Assembly: GCF_003966335.1 (NCBI RefSeq)
Contig: NZ_CP034549.1
Coordinates: 2,580,001 to 2,612,000 of the forward strand
Length of the DNA stretch: 32,000 nucleotides
Reading direction: 5' to 3'
DNA from: Nonlabens ponticola
Lineage (GTDB): Bacteria > Bacteroidota > Bacteroidia > Flavobacteriales > Flavobacteriaceae
Shown here: piece after piece, positions 17,335 through 27,576 of the stretch
How the letters are laid out: every line of letters begins with the position of its first letter
How positions within the stretch are numbered: position 1 is the stretch's first letter
The notes under the pieces: generated by a model
What the model saw: only the letters and a program-made list of their open reading frames with translations
Told to the model about the DNA's origin: nothing
Database searches by the model: none
Made by a program: the position numbers and the translations under genes

Positions 17335-17348
17335 GCTTTCGCGAAAGC
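17335..17348. repeat. Host palindrome copy d: (C)GCTTTCGCGAAAGC(G)TAA, 16-bp palindrome at 17334-17349
   Basis: Read directly. It is intergenic, between the DsbA-like gene and the response regulator gene. Confidence 0.95.
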
Positions 17349-17454
17349 GTAATTATTAAAACATCGCTCAACATGAGCAACTGACTACTATTCTTGAGCC
17401 TTAATGCAAAGATCAACTCGTAATGCTTACCCTACTTAAAAGATTCATTAAAGG

Positions 17455-18138
17455 CTACTTATCCCAATACTTATGGAAGAATTCCTCTTGATAGGTTTTG
17501 GAGAGTTTGAGTCGATGATCCTTGATTTGAATCATGCCTTTCTCAATCTTCTCAATGCCATCAGGATTGACGGCAATACTGCGATTGATGCGTGCCAGTC
17601 TATTTTCAGGAAACATTTCTATCAAGGCCTGTAGCGATGATCGTACAACGACGGTCTCATCAATTAAGTGCAACTCTACATAGACATGATCTGCCTGGAC
17701 ATAGCACAAATGAGCTAAATCTATTTGATACACACTCGAACCTATCGTGAATGAGAAAAGCGTTGACTCATCGCTCTCGTTGGCAAAATAGATATCAATA
17801 TTTGCCGTGAGTGTTGCCTGGTCTATCGGTTTTGCTAAATAGCCAATGGGTTTAACCTGCTTTAATTTACTCAATGTCGCAGGATCTGTGTAACTGGTAA
17901 GAAAAATAAATGGGATATGATAATTCTTCTTAATCGTTGCGGCGAGGTCAATGCCGTTTTTCTCATCAGATAAATTGACGTCCAACAACACTAGGTCTAC
18001 TTTATTTTCTTCTAATGTCTCTAGGGCTTCCTCATAATCAATAGCGATCATGACATCAGTATAACCATGCTTGCGCAGCATTTTCTCTATACCATTGGCA
18101 ATCATCACCTCATCCTCTACTATCAAAATACTCTTCAT
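17455..18138 (-). CDS. LytTR-family response regulator (REC plus LytTR DNA-binding domain)
   Basis: MKSILIVEDE...DLVLLDVNL carries the phospho-acceptor Asp, followed by FIFLTSY and the conserved Lys in YLAKP. The C-terminal ~100 aa have LytTR-like layout. ATG 18138 overlaps the kinase stop (TGATG). Confidence 0.85.
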   Translation of the reverse strand: MKSILIVEDEVMIANGIEKMLRKHGYTDVMIAIDYEEALETLEENKVDLVLLDVNLSDEKNGIDLAATIKKNYHIPFIFLTSYTDPATLSKLKQVKPIGYLAKPIDQATLTANIDIYFANESDESTLFSFTIGSSVYQIDLAHLCYVQADHVYVELHLIDETVVVRSSLQALIEMFPENRLARINRSIAVNPDGIEKIEKGMIQIKDHRLKLSKTYQEEFFHKYWDK

Positions 18139-19901
18139 CACCTAAAACTTTTTTTCTTGAGACGTATCACAAAAGAGGATTGTTCTCGCTGCACTTTTCC
18201 CTTCAATTGTCTAGCCATACTGCGCACTATAAATAGTCCTAGATGATCTTCTGACTGTTTCTCCAAAAACTCGACACCATTATCGCGGTAAGTCAATACC
18301 ACGTACTCCTCAAAATCTGTGACGGTGACATGGATCTTGAGTTTATTGTCAATGGGCTGGGCGTGTTTTAAAGAATTGGTTATAAGCTCATTCATAATGA
18401 TGCCTAAAGGTAAGGCAGTTTGAGCATTGACTTCAAAATCCTCAAAATCCGTACTGGACTGTACTTTCTTATTGCTCATTTGCAATAAGGCATCTATCAT
18501 GTCGTCTAGATAGGATTTTATTTTAACGGTATCACCAGAGGCAACATCAGTACGATGAATCAACCGCTCGTGAACGATGGACATGGCTTGTATCCTATTG
18601 TTCAATCCTGTTAAGTTGCGTGTTGTCTCTTGTTGGGTTGCCTCATCGATCTGGAAACCAATCAGGCTCTGAATGAAGGCAAGATTATTTTTAACGCGGT
18701 GATTGACTTCTTTAAGCAAAAAATCCTTGCGCTTAATTGTTTTAGAGAGGTCGAGATTGATAGCAGATATACTATCATTTTGTTCCTTTATTTTATTGTT
18801 CTTGCGATAAATCCAGAAAAGAAACAATCCTGTAAGCAATAAGAATATAATTAAGAAACCCAACAGCAGCAACAAACGATTAAAAGATCGATCTCTATCG
18901 TCTAATTGTTCCTGTAGTTTTTGATTCCGTAACACGGTTTCTTCTACCGCAAATTGATATTCTAATTCTTTAGTTCTAATGTCACGCGCGCGCTGTTTGT
19001 ACTCGTCATCGCTTAACTTATAGAGCTTATAACTCTCTAAAGCCTGTTGCTGCATTCCTAATTGTTCCTCGATCTCACTCTGCTGTTTATAAACAGATGA
19101 CATCACATAACTTTGACCAAAAGTGTATTCCTTATTAATGGAATCATTGTATGTGCGAGCCATCTCAACCTGATCATCCATCATGTATGAAGATGCCAAT
19201 AGATAGTACATATTTCTTATTCCTTGCTCGTCTCCATGTCGTTTATATTCTTGTAAGCTTTTTGTAAAATATTCACGCATCTTCTGTACGGAATCTGATG
19301 GTGTTATAAGTCCTAATACCAATAAGGAGGTTGCGGTAACATTCTTGTAGTCAAACTGCTTTCCATAATTAAACGCTCCCATGGCCAGACGACGTGCCTC
19401 ATTATGTCGGTCATTGACTCGATACCAGGATGCTGATCGGTATAGAAACTCACCATAATCTTCATTTCTATCCAACTCGCCGTTTTCATAGATACGTTCA
19501 ACACGATTGAGATCTTTTTTACTTAGAACCATCTCCTCTTGAATCTCATACACTAGTGCTCGTTGAAGCAACACCTTAACCTGTTGTTCAGGCTCGATGG
19601 TCGATTTTTCTAATAGCTCAATCGAGAGTAAAATGGCCTCATCATAAAGCGCGACATCGACCAGCAATTTTAGCTTTAGGATTTTGAGATCTGTTTTGGC
19701 TAGCTGGAATGATTTATCCTGCAATAATGCATTGATACTATCAATGGCTATACTTCTATCAATGGTTAGAGACAAACTATCTATTACCTTGACTTGAGAA
19801 ATCAGTGGATCTTCTGGTAATATGGCTGTTTTATCTTGACCTATTGCTTTAAAGCAAGACCACAATAGCAAAAAACTCAAAATCGTAGGAAAGACTTTCA
19901 T
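18138..19901 (-). CDS. Sensor histidine kinase (HisKA_2 type) with an N-terminal TPR-like sensor region and one internal TM segment
   Basis: The preferred start is ATG 19901 (MKVFPTILSFLLLWSCF, a signal/TM segment). H-box is EVNHRVKNNLAFIQSL and N-box is MNELITNSLKHA. A TM segment is LLLLLGFLIIFLLLTGLFLFWIY. The gene is coupled to the downstream response regulator. Confidence 0.8.
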   Translation of the reverse strand: MKVFPTILSFLLLWSCFKAIGQDKTAILPEDPLISQVKVIDSLSLTIDRSIAIDSINALLQDKSFQLAKTDLKILKLKLLVDVALYDEAILLSIELLEKSTIEPEQQVKVLLQRALVYEIQEEMVLSKKDLNRVERIYENGELDRNEDYGEFLYRSASWYRVNDRHNEARRLAMGAFNYGKQFDYKNVTATSLLVLGLITPSDSVQKMREYFTKSLQEYKRHGDEQGIRNMYYLLASSYMMDDQVEMARTYNDSINKEYTFGQSYVMSSVYKQQSEIEEQLGMQQQALESYKLYKLSDDEYKQRARDIRTKELEYQFAVEETVLRNQKLQEQLDDRDRSFNRLLLLLGFLIIFLLLTGLFLFWIYRKNNKIKEQNDSISAINLDLSKTIKRKDFLLKEVNHRVKNNLAFIQSLIGFQIDEATQQETTRNLTGLNNRIQAMSIVHERLIHRTDVASGDTVKIKSYLDDMIDALLQMSNKKVQSSTDFEDFEVNAQTALPLGIIMNELITNSLKHAQPIDNKLKIHVTVTDFEEYVVLTYRDNGVEFLEKQSEDHLGLFIVRSMARQLKGKVQREQSSFVIRLKKKSFR

Positions 19902-20218
19902 CAATTCCAAATATAAGCCCAACTAGCATAAGTAATTAGTATGATTTAAAATGGGAAAAGATCACTCACGTTGTAAGAAATCAAGTAATTAAATACTTCA
20001 ACAACGTTTGAATACGCTTTTAAGAACAAAAAACCATAGGTTAAGAACATATAAGTTATAGCACTCCTTATTTGCTTTACATTTATACCTCAATAAAGAT
20101 TTAACTGAAAAGAGTTGAAGATTTTTGAAAATTCATTGCAGAGATGACATTTTCATTTTTAGGGTAGTAATAGTACGTAAGGGACCTTTAACGAGGTGTA
20201 TTATTACAACATTTTTAG

Positions 20219-20244
20219 GGGTCTAGCATGCTAGACCCTTTTTT
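20219..20244 (+). terminator. Orphan + strand intrinsic terminator (20-bp perfect palindrome plus T6)
   Basis: GGGTCTAGCATGCTAGACCC (20219-20238) is followed by TTTTTT (20239-20244). There is no A-run on the 5' side, so it is directional. No + strand ORF of 60 aa or more lies upstream. Confidence 0.5.
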
Positions 20245-20251
20245 ATGCCAT

Positions 20252-20282
20252 AAAAAAAAGACCGCTCGATGGCGGTCTTTTT
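20252..20282 (-). terminator. Intrinsic terminator of the DUF2383-like gene (bidirectional architecture)
   Basis: The A8 run (20252-20259) is followed by stem AGACCGC (20259-20265) / GCGGTCT (20272-20278) and then a T-run. It lies about 20 nt downstream of the stop at 20301 on the - strand. Confidence 0.6.
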
Positions 20283-20300
20283 ATTTATAATATAAATATC

Positions 20301-20774
20301 CTATTGAAGATCCTCTAGTTTCTTAACGGTGCTCAAACTGTTTTCAACTTGTTTCCATTGATTTTCAAGAATTGGAACAACTTCTGCCAGCAAGGTTTCT
20401 GATTTAAGGATTTCCTTGTATTCATCTACGCTAGCTTTTTCACCTCTAATACATTCCTCAAGGATGCTTTCCTCATTATCGCTTGAAAATGCTGCCTTGA
20501 TATCCATCCATGATCTATGCAAATCGCCTGCAGTTGATCCTGTAGTTGATGGCTCTTCATTGAGTTGATGTAATTGTTGATGAAGCTCGGTAGCAAAATG
20601 GCTACGTTGTGCAGCGCGTTGTTTGAAATATTCTTTCAATCGATCATTATCTACTTTCTCAATGGCATGTTTGAAGCCTTTCTCGGCATCATAGCTTTTT
20701 TCTAGAAGCTCATTCAATTTTGATACGGTCGTATCGTGAATCAATTCATGTGCTTCTTCTCTTGTCGTTTTCAT
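20301..20774 (-). CDS. Ferritin-like four-helix-bundle protein (DUF2383 / PA2169 family)
   Basis: 157 aa, all-helical. LNELLEKSYDAEKGFKHAIEKV and the second-half repeat ILEECIRGEKASVDEYKEIL are typical of this family. Confidence 0.75.
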   Translation of the reverse strand: MKTTREEAHELIHDTTVSKLNELLEKSYDAEKGFKHAIEKVDNDRLKEYFKQRAAQRSHFATELHQQLHQLNEEPSTTGSTAGDLHRSWMDIKAAFSSDNEESILEECIRGEKASVDEYKEILKSETLLAEVVPILENQWKQVENSLSTVKKLEDLQ

Positions 20775-20928
20775 GTTTTTCTTTTCAAGATACTAGTAGA
20801 TGAGCTGTTGAATTACCAATACTATTGTAATTCACAGCGGTTTAACATCGACTACTTTTAAAACGAATTAATTGGATTAATTCCTAATTGAATGTAGGAA
20901 TATTTCCCAATAGCGTTTAAATTTGCAC

Positions 20929-22317
20929 ATGCCCTTATCAGAAAATCAGATATACTCTATTGTTGATGTAGAAACCACCGGCAAAGGTTTAGGCGGCAAT
21001 CGCATTACAGAGATTTGCATCGTGCGCATGCAAGGAAATCGAGAGGTAGATAAATTTATCAGCCTAGTAAATCCAGACCAGCCTATTCCTAGCTATATCA
21101 CACATTTAACTGGCATAGACGACCATACCGTCGCTGACGCACCTTTTTTTGAAGACATCGCAAGCCAAATACTAAATTTTCTATCAGATGCCATATTTGT
21201 CGCGCACAACGTGGGATTTGACTACAATGTAATTCGCAATGAATTCAAACGGTTGAATATAGAATGGAGCAGTAAAAGATTGTGTACTGTTCGGCTTTCG
21301 CGAAAGCTAATACCCAACCTTCCATCCTACAGTCTAGGAAGATTGTGCTCCTCATTGTCAATACCGCTAGATAATCGTCACCGCGCTGAAGGTGATACAG
21401 ATGCCACAGTAATCCTGTTCCAACGACTGTTATCTCTTGATGAAGACGAGGACGTCATGGAATCATTTCTCAACGCACGCAGCAAGGAAAGCACCTTGCC
21501 ACCTAACGTGCCCAAAGAGCAATTTGCAGCATTGCCATCATCGCCAGGAATTTATTTATTCAAGGATAAAGCCAATAAAGTGATTTATGTAGGTAAGGCT
21601 ATTAATATCAAGAAACGAGTTCTCTCACATTTTTACACTAAAAAGAGTAAGTCCTATCTCATGGGACAAGAGATATATAATATTGATTATGAAGTAACGG
21701 GTAATGAACTCGTTGCGTTGCTACTCGAGGCCGACATGATACGCCACTACTATCCTAAGTTTAACAGCGCACAGAAAAAATCTCGTAAGACCTACCAAAT
21801 CATTAGCTACAAAAACCAGCGTGGTGTCATACAACTGGCTATCGCTGTATCAAAATCCTTTGACTACAGTGTGATTACTTTCTACAATCGCGCACAAGCG
21901 GTAGAAAAGCTAGAGCAGTTATGTGAAGATTTCAACCTATGTCCCAGATATTGTTCCTTGCAAATGACTACTGGTCGTTGCACGCACTACAAATTACGTA
22001 ATTGTGAAGGCATCTGTGATCACGAGGAAACAGTAGAGCATTACAATGTTAAAGTAGAAAAGGCTATTGAATCACTACACGAGGACAAGCCTACTTATAT
22101 TATCAAGGAAAATGGCCGTAGCAAGGACGAGAATTGTTTTGTGCTTGTAAATGAAGGTAGGTATCAAGGCTACGGCTATGTCGCTAATGATATTGCAGTA
22201 AGCAGCGTGGATGTTTGTGAGACATATATTGAGCGCAAACAAACCAATTATCACACCAATCAAATACTCAATAGCTACATACGCAAGAAAGATCTTGCGG
22301 TCCCTAGAGTGGCGTGA
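20929..22317 (+). CDS. DnaQ-like 3'-5' exonuclease fused to a GIY-YIG (UvrC/Cho-like) nuclease domain
   Basis: The preferred start is ATG 20929. Exonuclease motifs are Exo I SIVDVETTG, Exo II FVAHNVGFDYNVI and Exo III HRAEGDTDAT. The GIY-YIG motif is PGIYLFKDKANKVIYVGKAINIKKRV. Confidence 0.8.
   Translation: MPLSENQIYSIVDVETTGKGLGGNRITEICIVRMQGNREVDKFISLVNPDQPIPSYITHLTGIDDHTVADAPFFEDIASQILNFLSDAIFVAHNVGFDYNVIRNEFKRLNIEWSSKRLCTVRLSRKLIPNLPSYSLGRLCSSLSIPLDNRHRAEGDTDATVILFQRLLSLDEDEDVMESFLNARSKESTLPPNVPKEQFAALPSSPGIYLFKDKANKVIYVGKAINIKKRVLSHFYTKKSKSYLMGQEIYNIDYEVTGNELVALLLEADMIRHYYPKFNSAQKKSRKTYQIISYKNQRGVIQLAIAVSKSFDYSVITFYNRAQAVEKLEQLCEDFNLCPRYCSLQMTTGRCTHYKLRNCEGICDHEETVEHYNVKVEKAIESLHEDKPTYIIKENGRSKDENCFVLVNEGRYQGYGYVANDIAVSSVDVCETYIERKQTNYHTNQILNSYIRKKDLAVPRVA
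21294..21307. repeat. Host palindrome copy e: GCTTTCGCGAAAGC inside the DnaQ-GIY-YIG gene
   Basis: Read directly. It is translated as R-LSRK-L (frame G CTT TCG CGA AAG C). Confidence 0.95.
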
Positions 22318-22339
22318 TGGGTGAAGAGATACAGGTTCT

Positions 22340-23611
22340 CTAGGTCTTCAACTTTTTCTTTCTAGCCGCTGGGAATAGAATGTTATTTAAAATCAACCGG
22401 TAACCTGGTGAGTTAGGGTGCAAACTCAATTCCGTAGGTGGATCTCCTACTCTGTGTTGATAATCTTCTGGATCATGGCCACCATAAAAAGTAAAGAATC
22501 CTTTACCGCGAATACCGTGAACGTATCGAGCTTCTCTATTGCTTTTATTTTCTCCTAGAACCAATACATTTTTCTTGACTTGATTGCGATCATAGCTGGT
22601 TGTTTGACCCATGAATCCTTTTACTAGACTGGTATGATTTTGATTGAGCATGGTTGGTATAGGATCCCATTTGGCACTAAAATCCATAAGGGAAAAATAA
22701 TCCAGCTCCTTTTTGATCCTACGCTTACGTGTCATATCGATCGAGCTAAACTCATAGGTCATAGGCGAGCGTTCCAGTAAGAAGTCTGTAAAGGCAAACG
22801 TGCGTGTGTAATCAATCTTATTCTGGTAATCTGCTTGAGAAGGATCGCCGTCAAACATAGGTTCTGCTATATCAACACCTTCGGCAGCAAGAGCTATGTC
22901 AAAACTATCGGTTGCACTGCACATGGCAAACATGAAACCACCACCGATGACGTAATCACGTATCTTAAGAGCAACAGCTAGTTTTTCTTCGCTTACCTTG
23001 TTGTAACCTAGCTCGGCAGCCAGATTTTCTGCATTTTGCTTTTCCTCTATATACCATGGCGCTGCGCGGTACATACGGTAAAACTTACCATATTGACCTG
23101 TAAAATCCTCATGATGCAGGTGTAGCCAGTCATATAATAACAATTCATCAGCTAGCACTTCCTTATCATAGATCTTTTCGTATGGAATTTCTGCATATGT
23201 GAGCACCATCGTTACTGCGTCATCCCATGGAGATTTTCCTGATGGTGTGTAAACCGCAATTTTTGGAGCCTTTTCCAGCAATACTTCTTGCATATTTTGT
23301 GATGGGCTAGCGATAAGATCCAATAAGCTGCTCACTTCACTTTCAGATTTTGGCTCATAGCTTACTCCACGTATCACTAATTCTTTTTGAAATTCTGGAG
23401 TGTCTGAAATAAGGAAGGAACCACCGCGATAGTTGAGAAGCCACTTTACCTTAGTTCCTTTTTCTAGAATCCAATAGGAAATCCCATAAGCCTTGAGGTG
23501 ATCCTTCTGGGTTTCTGCATCCATTGGGATCAATAGATATTGTGCACTCATGCTACCTGCACCACACAAGGAGATTAGCAAAAACAAAAAGCTGCGAAAT
23601 AGGTTTCTCAT
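22340..23611 (-). CDS. Conserved secreted hypothetical protein, 423 aa
   Basis: It has an ATG start and a signal peptide (MRNLFRSFLFLLISLCGAGSMSAQ). I recognise no catalytic motif. Confidence 0.65.
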   Translation of the reverse strand: MRNLFRSFLFLLISLCGAGSMSAQYLLIPMDAETQKDHLKAYGISYWILEKGTKVKWLLNYRGGSFLISDTPEFQKELVIRGVSYEPKSESEVSSLLDLIASPSQNMQEVLLEKAPKIAVYTPSGKSPWDDAVTMVLTYAEIPYEKIYDKEVLADELLLYDWLHLHHEDFTGQYGKFYRMYRAAPWYIEEKQNAENLAAELGYNKVSEEKLAVALKIRDYVIGGGFMFAMCSATDSFDIALAAEGVDIAEPMFDGDPSQADYQNKIDYTRTFAFTDFLLERSPMTYEFSSIDMTRKRRIKKELDYFSLMDFSAKWDPIPTMLNQNHTSLVKGFMGQTTSYDRNQVKKNVLVLGENKSNREARYVHGIRGKGFFTFYGGHDPEDYQHRVGDPPTELSLHPNSPGYRLILNNILFPAARKKKLKT

Positions 23612-23694
23612 ATACGTGTACGATAAAATGGAGCCTGTGACCCTAAAGATACTTTAGGATTACAACTTTTGTACCGTTATAGGAACAGGTAGAT

Positions 23695-25242
23695 CTAGAA
23701 GTCCAACCCATCATCTTCCATGTCGTCCGGTGCGCCAAAGGCTTCACCTGGAGTTGGGAATGCTGGTGCATCTGGTTTAAAAGTATCGTCGTTTGCTGCA
23801 CTGTTCATCTTACTACCAAATTCATCTGGAGTCGTAAAGAATGTATCCATATTATCAAACTTACCATACTTACCAATAAACTTGAGACGTATGTTGTCAG
23901 TGGCTCCATTACGGTGTTTAGCAACAATAAAATCTGCTTGATCCTTAGTTGGTGATCCATCGTCATCATCCCATTCATCAAGACCGTAATATTCTGGTCT
24001 ATAAATAAAGGAAACAATATCTGCATCTTGCTCAATCGCTCCAGATTCACGCAGGTCACTCAATAATGGTCGTTTGCTACCACCACGAGTCTCTACAGCA
24101 CGAGATAATTGCGAAAGCGCTATTACTGGAACTTCTAGTTCCTTGGCAAGTGCTTTGAGGTTACGCGAGATGGTAGAAATTTCTTGCTCACGATTACCAC
24201 CTTTATTACCAGTTTGTGCCGTCATGAGCTGCAAGTAATCAATCATGATCAATTTGATGCCGTGTTGGGAAGCTAGACGACGACATTTGGCTCGCAAGTC
24301 AAATATGGATAACGATGGTGTATCATCAATAAAAATAGGAGCACGCTCTAGATCCTTTACCTTAACGTTGAGCTGTTCCCATTCATAGGGTTCTAGTTTT
24401 CCCGTACGTAATTTGTCCGATGGTAGTCCAGTTTCAGAAGAGATCAAACGCGTAATCAATTGTACACTACTCATCTCAAGAGAGAAAAAGGCAACAGGAA
24501 TGTTACTTCCTACAGCAATATTACGTGCCATGGATAATGTAAATGCGGTTTTACCCATACCAGGACGAGCTGCAACGATTATCAAATCACTAGGCTGCCA
24601 GCCGCTGGTAAGTCTGTCTAGATCTGTAAATCCTGTTGGAATACCACTCAATCCATCACGATTGGCAATTTCCTCAATGCGTTGTTTTGCTTGACGCACG
24701 AGATCCATGGCAGTCTCTGTACTCTTGCGTATGTTTCCTTGGGTTACTTCATAGAGCTTAGTTTCTGCCTTATCAAGCAGGTCAAAAACATCGGTAGATT
24801 CTTCATAAGAATCATTGATAATTTCAGTCGATAGTTTGATCAAACTGCGTTGGATAAACTTTTGCAAGATGATTCTCGCATGGTACTCGATGTGAGCGGT
24901 TGAGCTTACCAATTGGGATAATTGTACCAGATAATGATCACCGCCAACGCTCTCTAATTTACCATCCTTGCGCAATTGTGCCGAAACGGTTAATAAGTCC
25001 ACTGGACTACCGCTTTTGAACAAAATATCTATCGCATCAAAAATCGATTGATGTGCCTTGTGATAAAAAGCACCTGGAGTAAGTAAGTCGATCACCTCAT
25101 CAACACCTTTACCATCAATCATCAACGCGCCTATCACAACACGCTCTAGATCAACTGCTTGAGGTGGTATCTTACCTTTCTCAAGAGGAATGACGGGACT
25201 ATTTGTTTTGATTGATATGCCTTGTTCTTTAACTTTTTCCAT
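23695..25242 (-). CDS. dnaB: Replicative DNA helicase DnaB
   Basis: PPQAVDLERVVIGALM marks the N-terminal domain. Walker A is AARPGMGKTAF and Walker B is LIMIDYLQLM. Also present are ALSQLSRAVE and DADIVSFIYRPEYY. ATG 25242 is preferred over TTG 25251. Confidence 0.92.
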   Translation of the reverse strand: MEKVKEQGISIKTNSPVIPLEKGKIPPQAVDLERVVIGALMIDGKGVDEVIDLLTPGAFYHKAHQSIFDAIDILFKSGSPVDLLTVSAQLRKDGKLESVGGDHYLVQLSQLVSSTAHIEYHARIILQKFIQRSLIKLSTEIINDSYEESTDVFDLLDKAETKLYEVTQGNIRKSTETAMDLVRQAKQRIEEIANRDGLSGIPTGFTDLDRLTSGWQPSDLIIVAARPGMGKTAFTLSMARNIAVGSNIPVAFFSLEMSSVQLITRLISSETGLPSDKLRTGKLEPYEWEQLNVKVKDLERAPIFIDDTPSLSIFDLRAKCRRLASQHGIKLIMIDYLQLMTAQTGNKGGNREQEISTISRNLKALAKELEVPVIALSQLSRAVETRGGSKRPLLSDLRESGAIEQDADIVSFIYRPEYYGLDEWDDDDGSPTKDQADFIVAKHRNGATDNIRLKFIGKYGKFDNMDTFFTTPDEFGSKMNSAANDDTFKPDAPAFPTPGEAFGAPDDMEDDGLDF

Positions 25243-25437
25243 AGGATTCAAAAGTAATGGGAATAGATCATTTATTAAGATTTCCTTATCATGAGACGAT
25301 CAACAATCGTGCTCTTTTTAATGTTCATAATATGTTGAAAGCGTCACCTAAAAAATTCATTACTTGAGCTATCACTATAGCAGAATCAAATCAGTTTTCA
25401 GATTAGCCAGCTAATTCTGTTCACTTCTTTTTACCAT

Positions 25438-25468
25438 AAAAAAATCCTCGCTATGCGAGGATTTTTTT
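25438..25468 (-). terminator. Intrinsic terminator downstream of accA (bidirectional form)
   Basis: AAAAAAATCCTCGC-TAT-GCGAGGATTTTTTT: a GC-containing stem flanked by an A-run and a T-run. Confidence 0.6.
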
Positions 25469-25487
25469 CAACTGATTAATCAGTTTT

Positions 25488-26441
25488 TTATCCTTTAAAA
25501 ACACCCATTTTAGAATACTTGTCCATACGTTGTTTTACCAACTCTTTGGGTGACAAATCTTTTAGTTCATCGTGTAATCTATGGATACATTTTGCTACGG
25601 ATACAAAAATCTCTTCACGATTCTTGTGCGCACCACCTTCTGGCTCGTCAAGAATCTCATCAACTAGTTTCAGCTTTTTCATGTCCTTACCAGTAAGCTT
25701 GAGAGCATCTGCAGCGGTTTCCTTGTGTTCCCAGCTTCTCCATAGAATGGAAGAGCAAGACTCTGGTGAGATTACACTATACCATGTATTTTCCAGCATC
25801 ACCACCCTATCGCCTACACCTATTCCCAATGCACCACCACTGGCACCTTCACCTATGATCATCACGATGATAGGCACTTTAAGGCGTGTCATTTCTAGGA
25901 TATTGCGAGCAATCGCCTCACCTTGACCGCGCTCTTCAGCCTCTAACCCAGGAAACGCACCTGGCGTATCAATTAAGGTAACGACCGGCACGCCAAATTT
26001 CTCTGCGCTCTTCATAAGACGCAGCGCCTTGCGGTAACCTTCAGGATTTGACATCCCAAAGTTGCGGTACTGACGTGTCTTTGTATTAAAACCCTTTTGC
26101 TGACCTATAAACATGTAGGTTTGATCACCTATTTTTCCCAGACCGCCTATCATCGCCTTATCGTCCGCAACGTTGCGGTCACCGTGCAATTCTAGCCATG
26201 TTTCGCCACATATGTTCTTGATATAATCCAGCGTGTAGGGACGATCTGGATGCCTTGACATTTGCACACGCTGCCATGGCGTCAAGTTAGAATATATGTT
26301 CTTGCGCGTCGCTTTGAGCTTTTTCTCTAATTGTTTGATGGTTGCAGACACATTTACATCGCTGTCTTCACCAATCAATAACGTTTGCTGGTACTTGTCT
26401 TCCAGCTCCTTGATGGGTAGTTCAAAATCTAGGTATTCCAT
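25488..26441 (-). CDS. accA: Acetyl-CoA carboxylase carboxyltransferase alpha subunit
   Basis: [14 protein letters not shown]..., [21 protein letters not shown] and [16 protein letters not shown]. 317 aa. Confidence 0.92.
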   Translation of the reverse strand: MEYLDFELPIKELEDKYQQTLLIGEDSDVNVSATIKQLEKKLKATRKNIYSNLTPWQRVQMSRHPDRPYTLDYIKNICGETWLELHGDRNVADDKAMIGGLGKIGDQTYMFIGQQKGFNTKTRQYRNFGMSNPEGYRKALRLMKSAEKFGVPVVTLIDTPGAFPGLEAEERGQGEAIARNILEMTRLKVPIIVMIIGEGASGGALGIGVGDRVVMLENTWYSVISPESCSSILWRSWEHKETAADALKLTGKDMKKLKLVDEILDEPEGGAHKNREEIFVSVAKCIHRLHDELKDLSPKELVKQRMDKYSKMGVFKG

Positions 26442-26554
26442 AAAATTTGTTCCAATTGGGGAAACAAATATAACAAAACATCAGGCTGCACTTGCAGGTG
26501 AGTTGCCCGCTTATTAACAAGACTTTCTTGAGAGGATCTGTTGGTGAGAATTTT

Positions 26555-26568
26555 GCTTTCGCGAAAGC
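26555..26568. repeat. Host palindrome copy f: GCTTTCGCGAAAGC (followed by GTAA)
   Basis: Read directly. It is intergenic, between the accA start and the EamA gene stop. Confidence 0.95.
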
Positions 26569-26649
26569 GTAATCCCAACAACCATATGATCCAGTAACCA
26601 TTGTTATTGCAACACCACGGCAGTTGCAAGCATGCTACATCGTTGCCTG

Positions 26650-27576
26650 CTAAGGTTGTATTTGTGTGGCGGCACCACGTTTCTTACCCAATCGAGTCTT
26701 GACGATACCATTAAGAATTATGACTGCAAGAATAATAGCTGCACCGACGTAAAATTGCGGCGTCATCTGCTCTGCAGTACCAAAAACTAGAAACGCCAGA
26801 ACAATCCCATAAATAGGCTCTAGATTGATGGTGAGCATGACCGTGTAGGCGCTCAAATATTTCATAACCTTGACGCTGGCGATGAATGCATATGCCGTAC
26901 AAGCAGAGGCAAGAATCCCAATCCACAACCAATCCATTTGAGTAAGCTGGCTAGGCATGACAAAATCTGTAGGAACTATGACAAAATATAACGACAAGAA
27001 CAGCACACCGCTTGCCAACTCATAAAAACTGATAGTCGATGGTGGATGAACCTTTGCCCACTTGACATTCATGATTGAAAATATGGCACTAAGCAATGCC
27101 GCGCTCAAACCTAGTATCATGCCCATAACATACTGCGTCTCTACCTGAAAAATGTAGTAGAGCGCACCGATGATGATCAAACCAAAGATGAGTTCATAGC
27201 CTACAAACTTTTTAGAAGTAAAAAGTGGTTCCAGCAAGGCTGTAAAAAATGCGCCGGTACTACACATTGCTAAGGTTACAGACACATTGCTTGCTTTAAT
27301 AGCTCCAAAAAACGTAACCCAATGTAAGGCAATCACGATACCTGCCAGAATAAATCCAATGATACGTTTTCTAGGGAGCGCATTAGCGCCTGTAAGCTGT
27401 AAGGGTATTCCCATCACTTTCATATAGATAAAAATCAATGGTACTGCCAGACTCATGCGCCACCAGACGAGTGGTATACTTTCTATGCTAATGAGAGCGC
27501 CCAACACCGCGGTAAAACCCCAGATAAAGACAATGAAATGTAGATGTATGTAATTGAGTAGCCTAGCGTCGCGCAT
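26650..27576 (-). CDS. EamA/DMT-family membrane transporter
   Basis: About 10 hydrophobic segments in two halves. ATG 27576 (MRDARLLNYIHLHFIVFIWGF) is preferred. The track's longer ORF (to 27672) would run about 110 nt into the upstream lptF/G gene. Confidence 0.75.
   Translation of the reverse strand: MRDARLLNYIHLHFIVFIWGFTAVLGALISIESIPLVWWRMSLAVPLIFIYMKVMGIPLQLTGANALPRKRIIGFILAGIVIALHWVTFFGAIKASNVSVTLAMCSTGAFFTALLEPLFTSKKFVGYELIFGLIIIGALYYIFQVETQYVMGMILGLSAALLSAIFSIMNVKWAKVHPPSTISFYELASGVLFLSLYFVIVPTDFVMPSQLTQMDWLWIGILASACTAYAFIASVKVMKYLSAYTVMLTINLEPIYGIVLAFLVFGTAEQMTPQFYVGAAIILAVIILNGIVKTRLGKKRGAATQIQP

Noticed and set aside
17187-17384. 65-aa + strand ORF between the DsbA-like gene and the response regulator gene
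   Set aside because: It lies in an AT-rich intergenic region, and its 3' part is the host palindrome (read as SLSRFRES). It has no motif, and it sits where the DsbA-like gene's promoter region and the response regulator's 3' flank are expected.
20929-22317. DnaQ exonuclease-GIY-YIG fusion considered as a novel architecture
   Set aside because: As far as I recall, this fusion is a widespread and already catalogued architecture in Bacteroidota and Firmicutes, often annotated as DNA polymerase III epsilon subunit or Cho-like. It is not unusual here.
26296-26629. ORFs 26296..26517 (+) and 26429..26629 (-) around the accA start
   Set aside because: One overlaps accA on the opposite strand. The other spans the intergenic palindrome copy. 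Neither has motifs or a credible start context.
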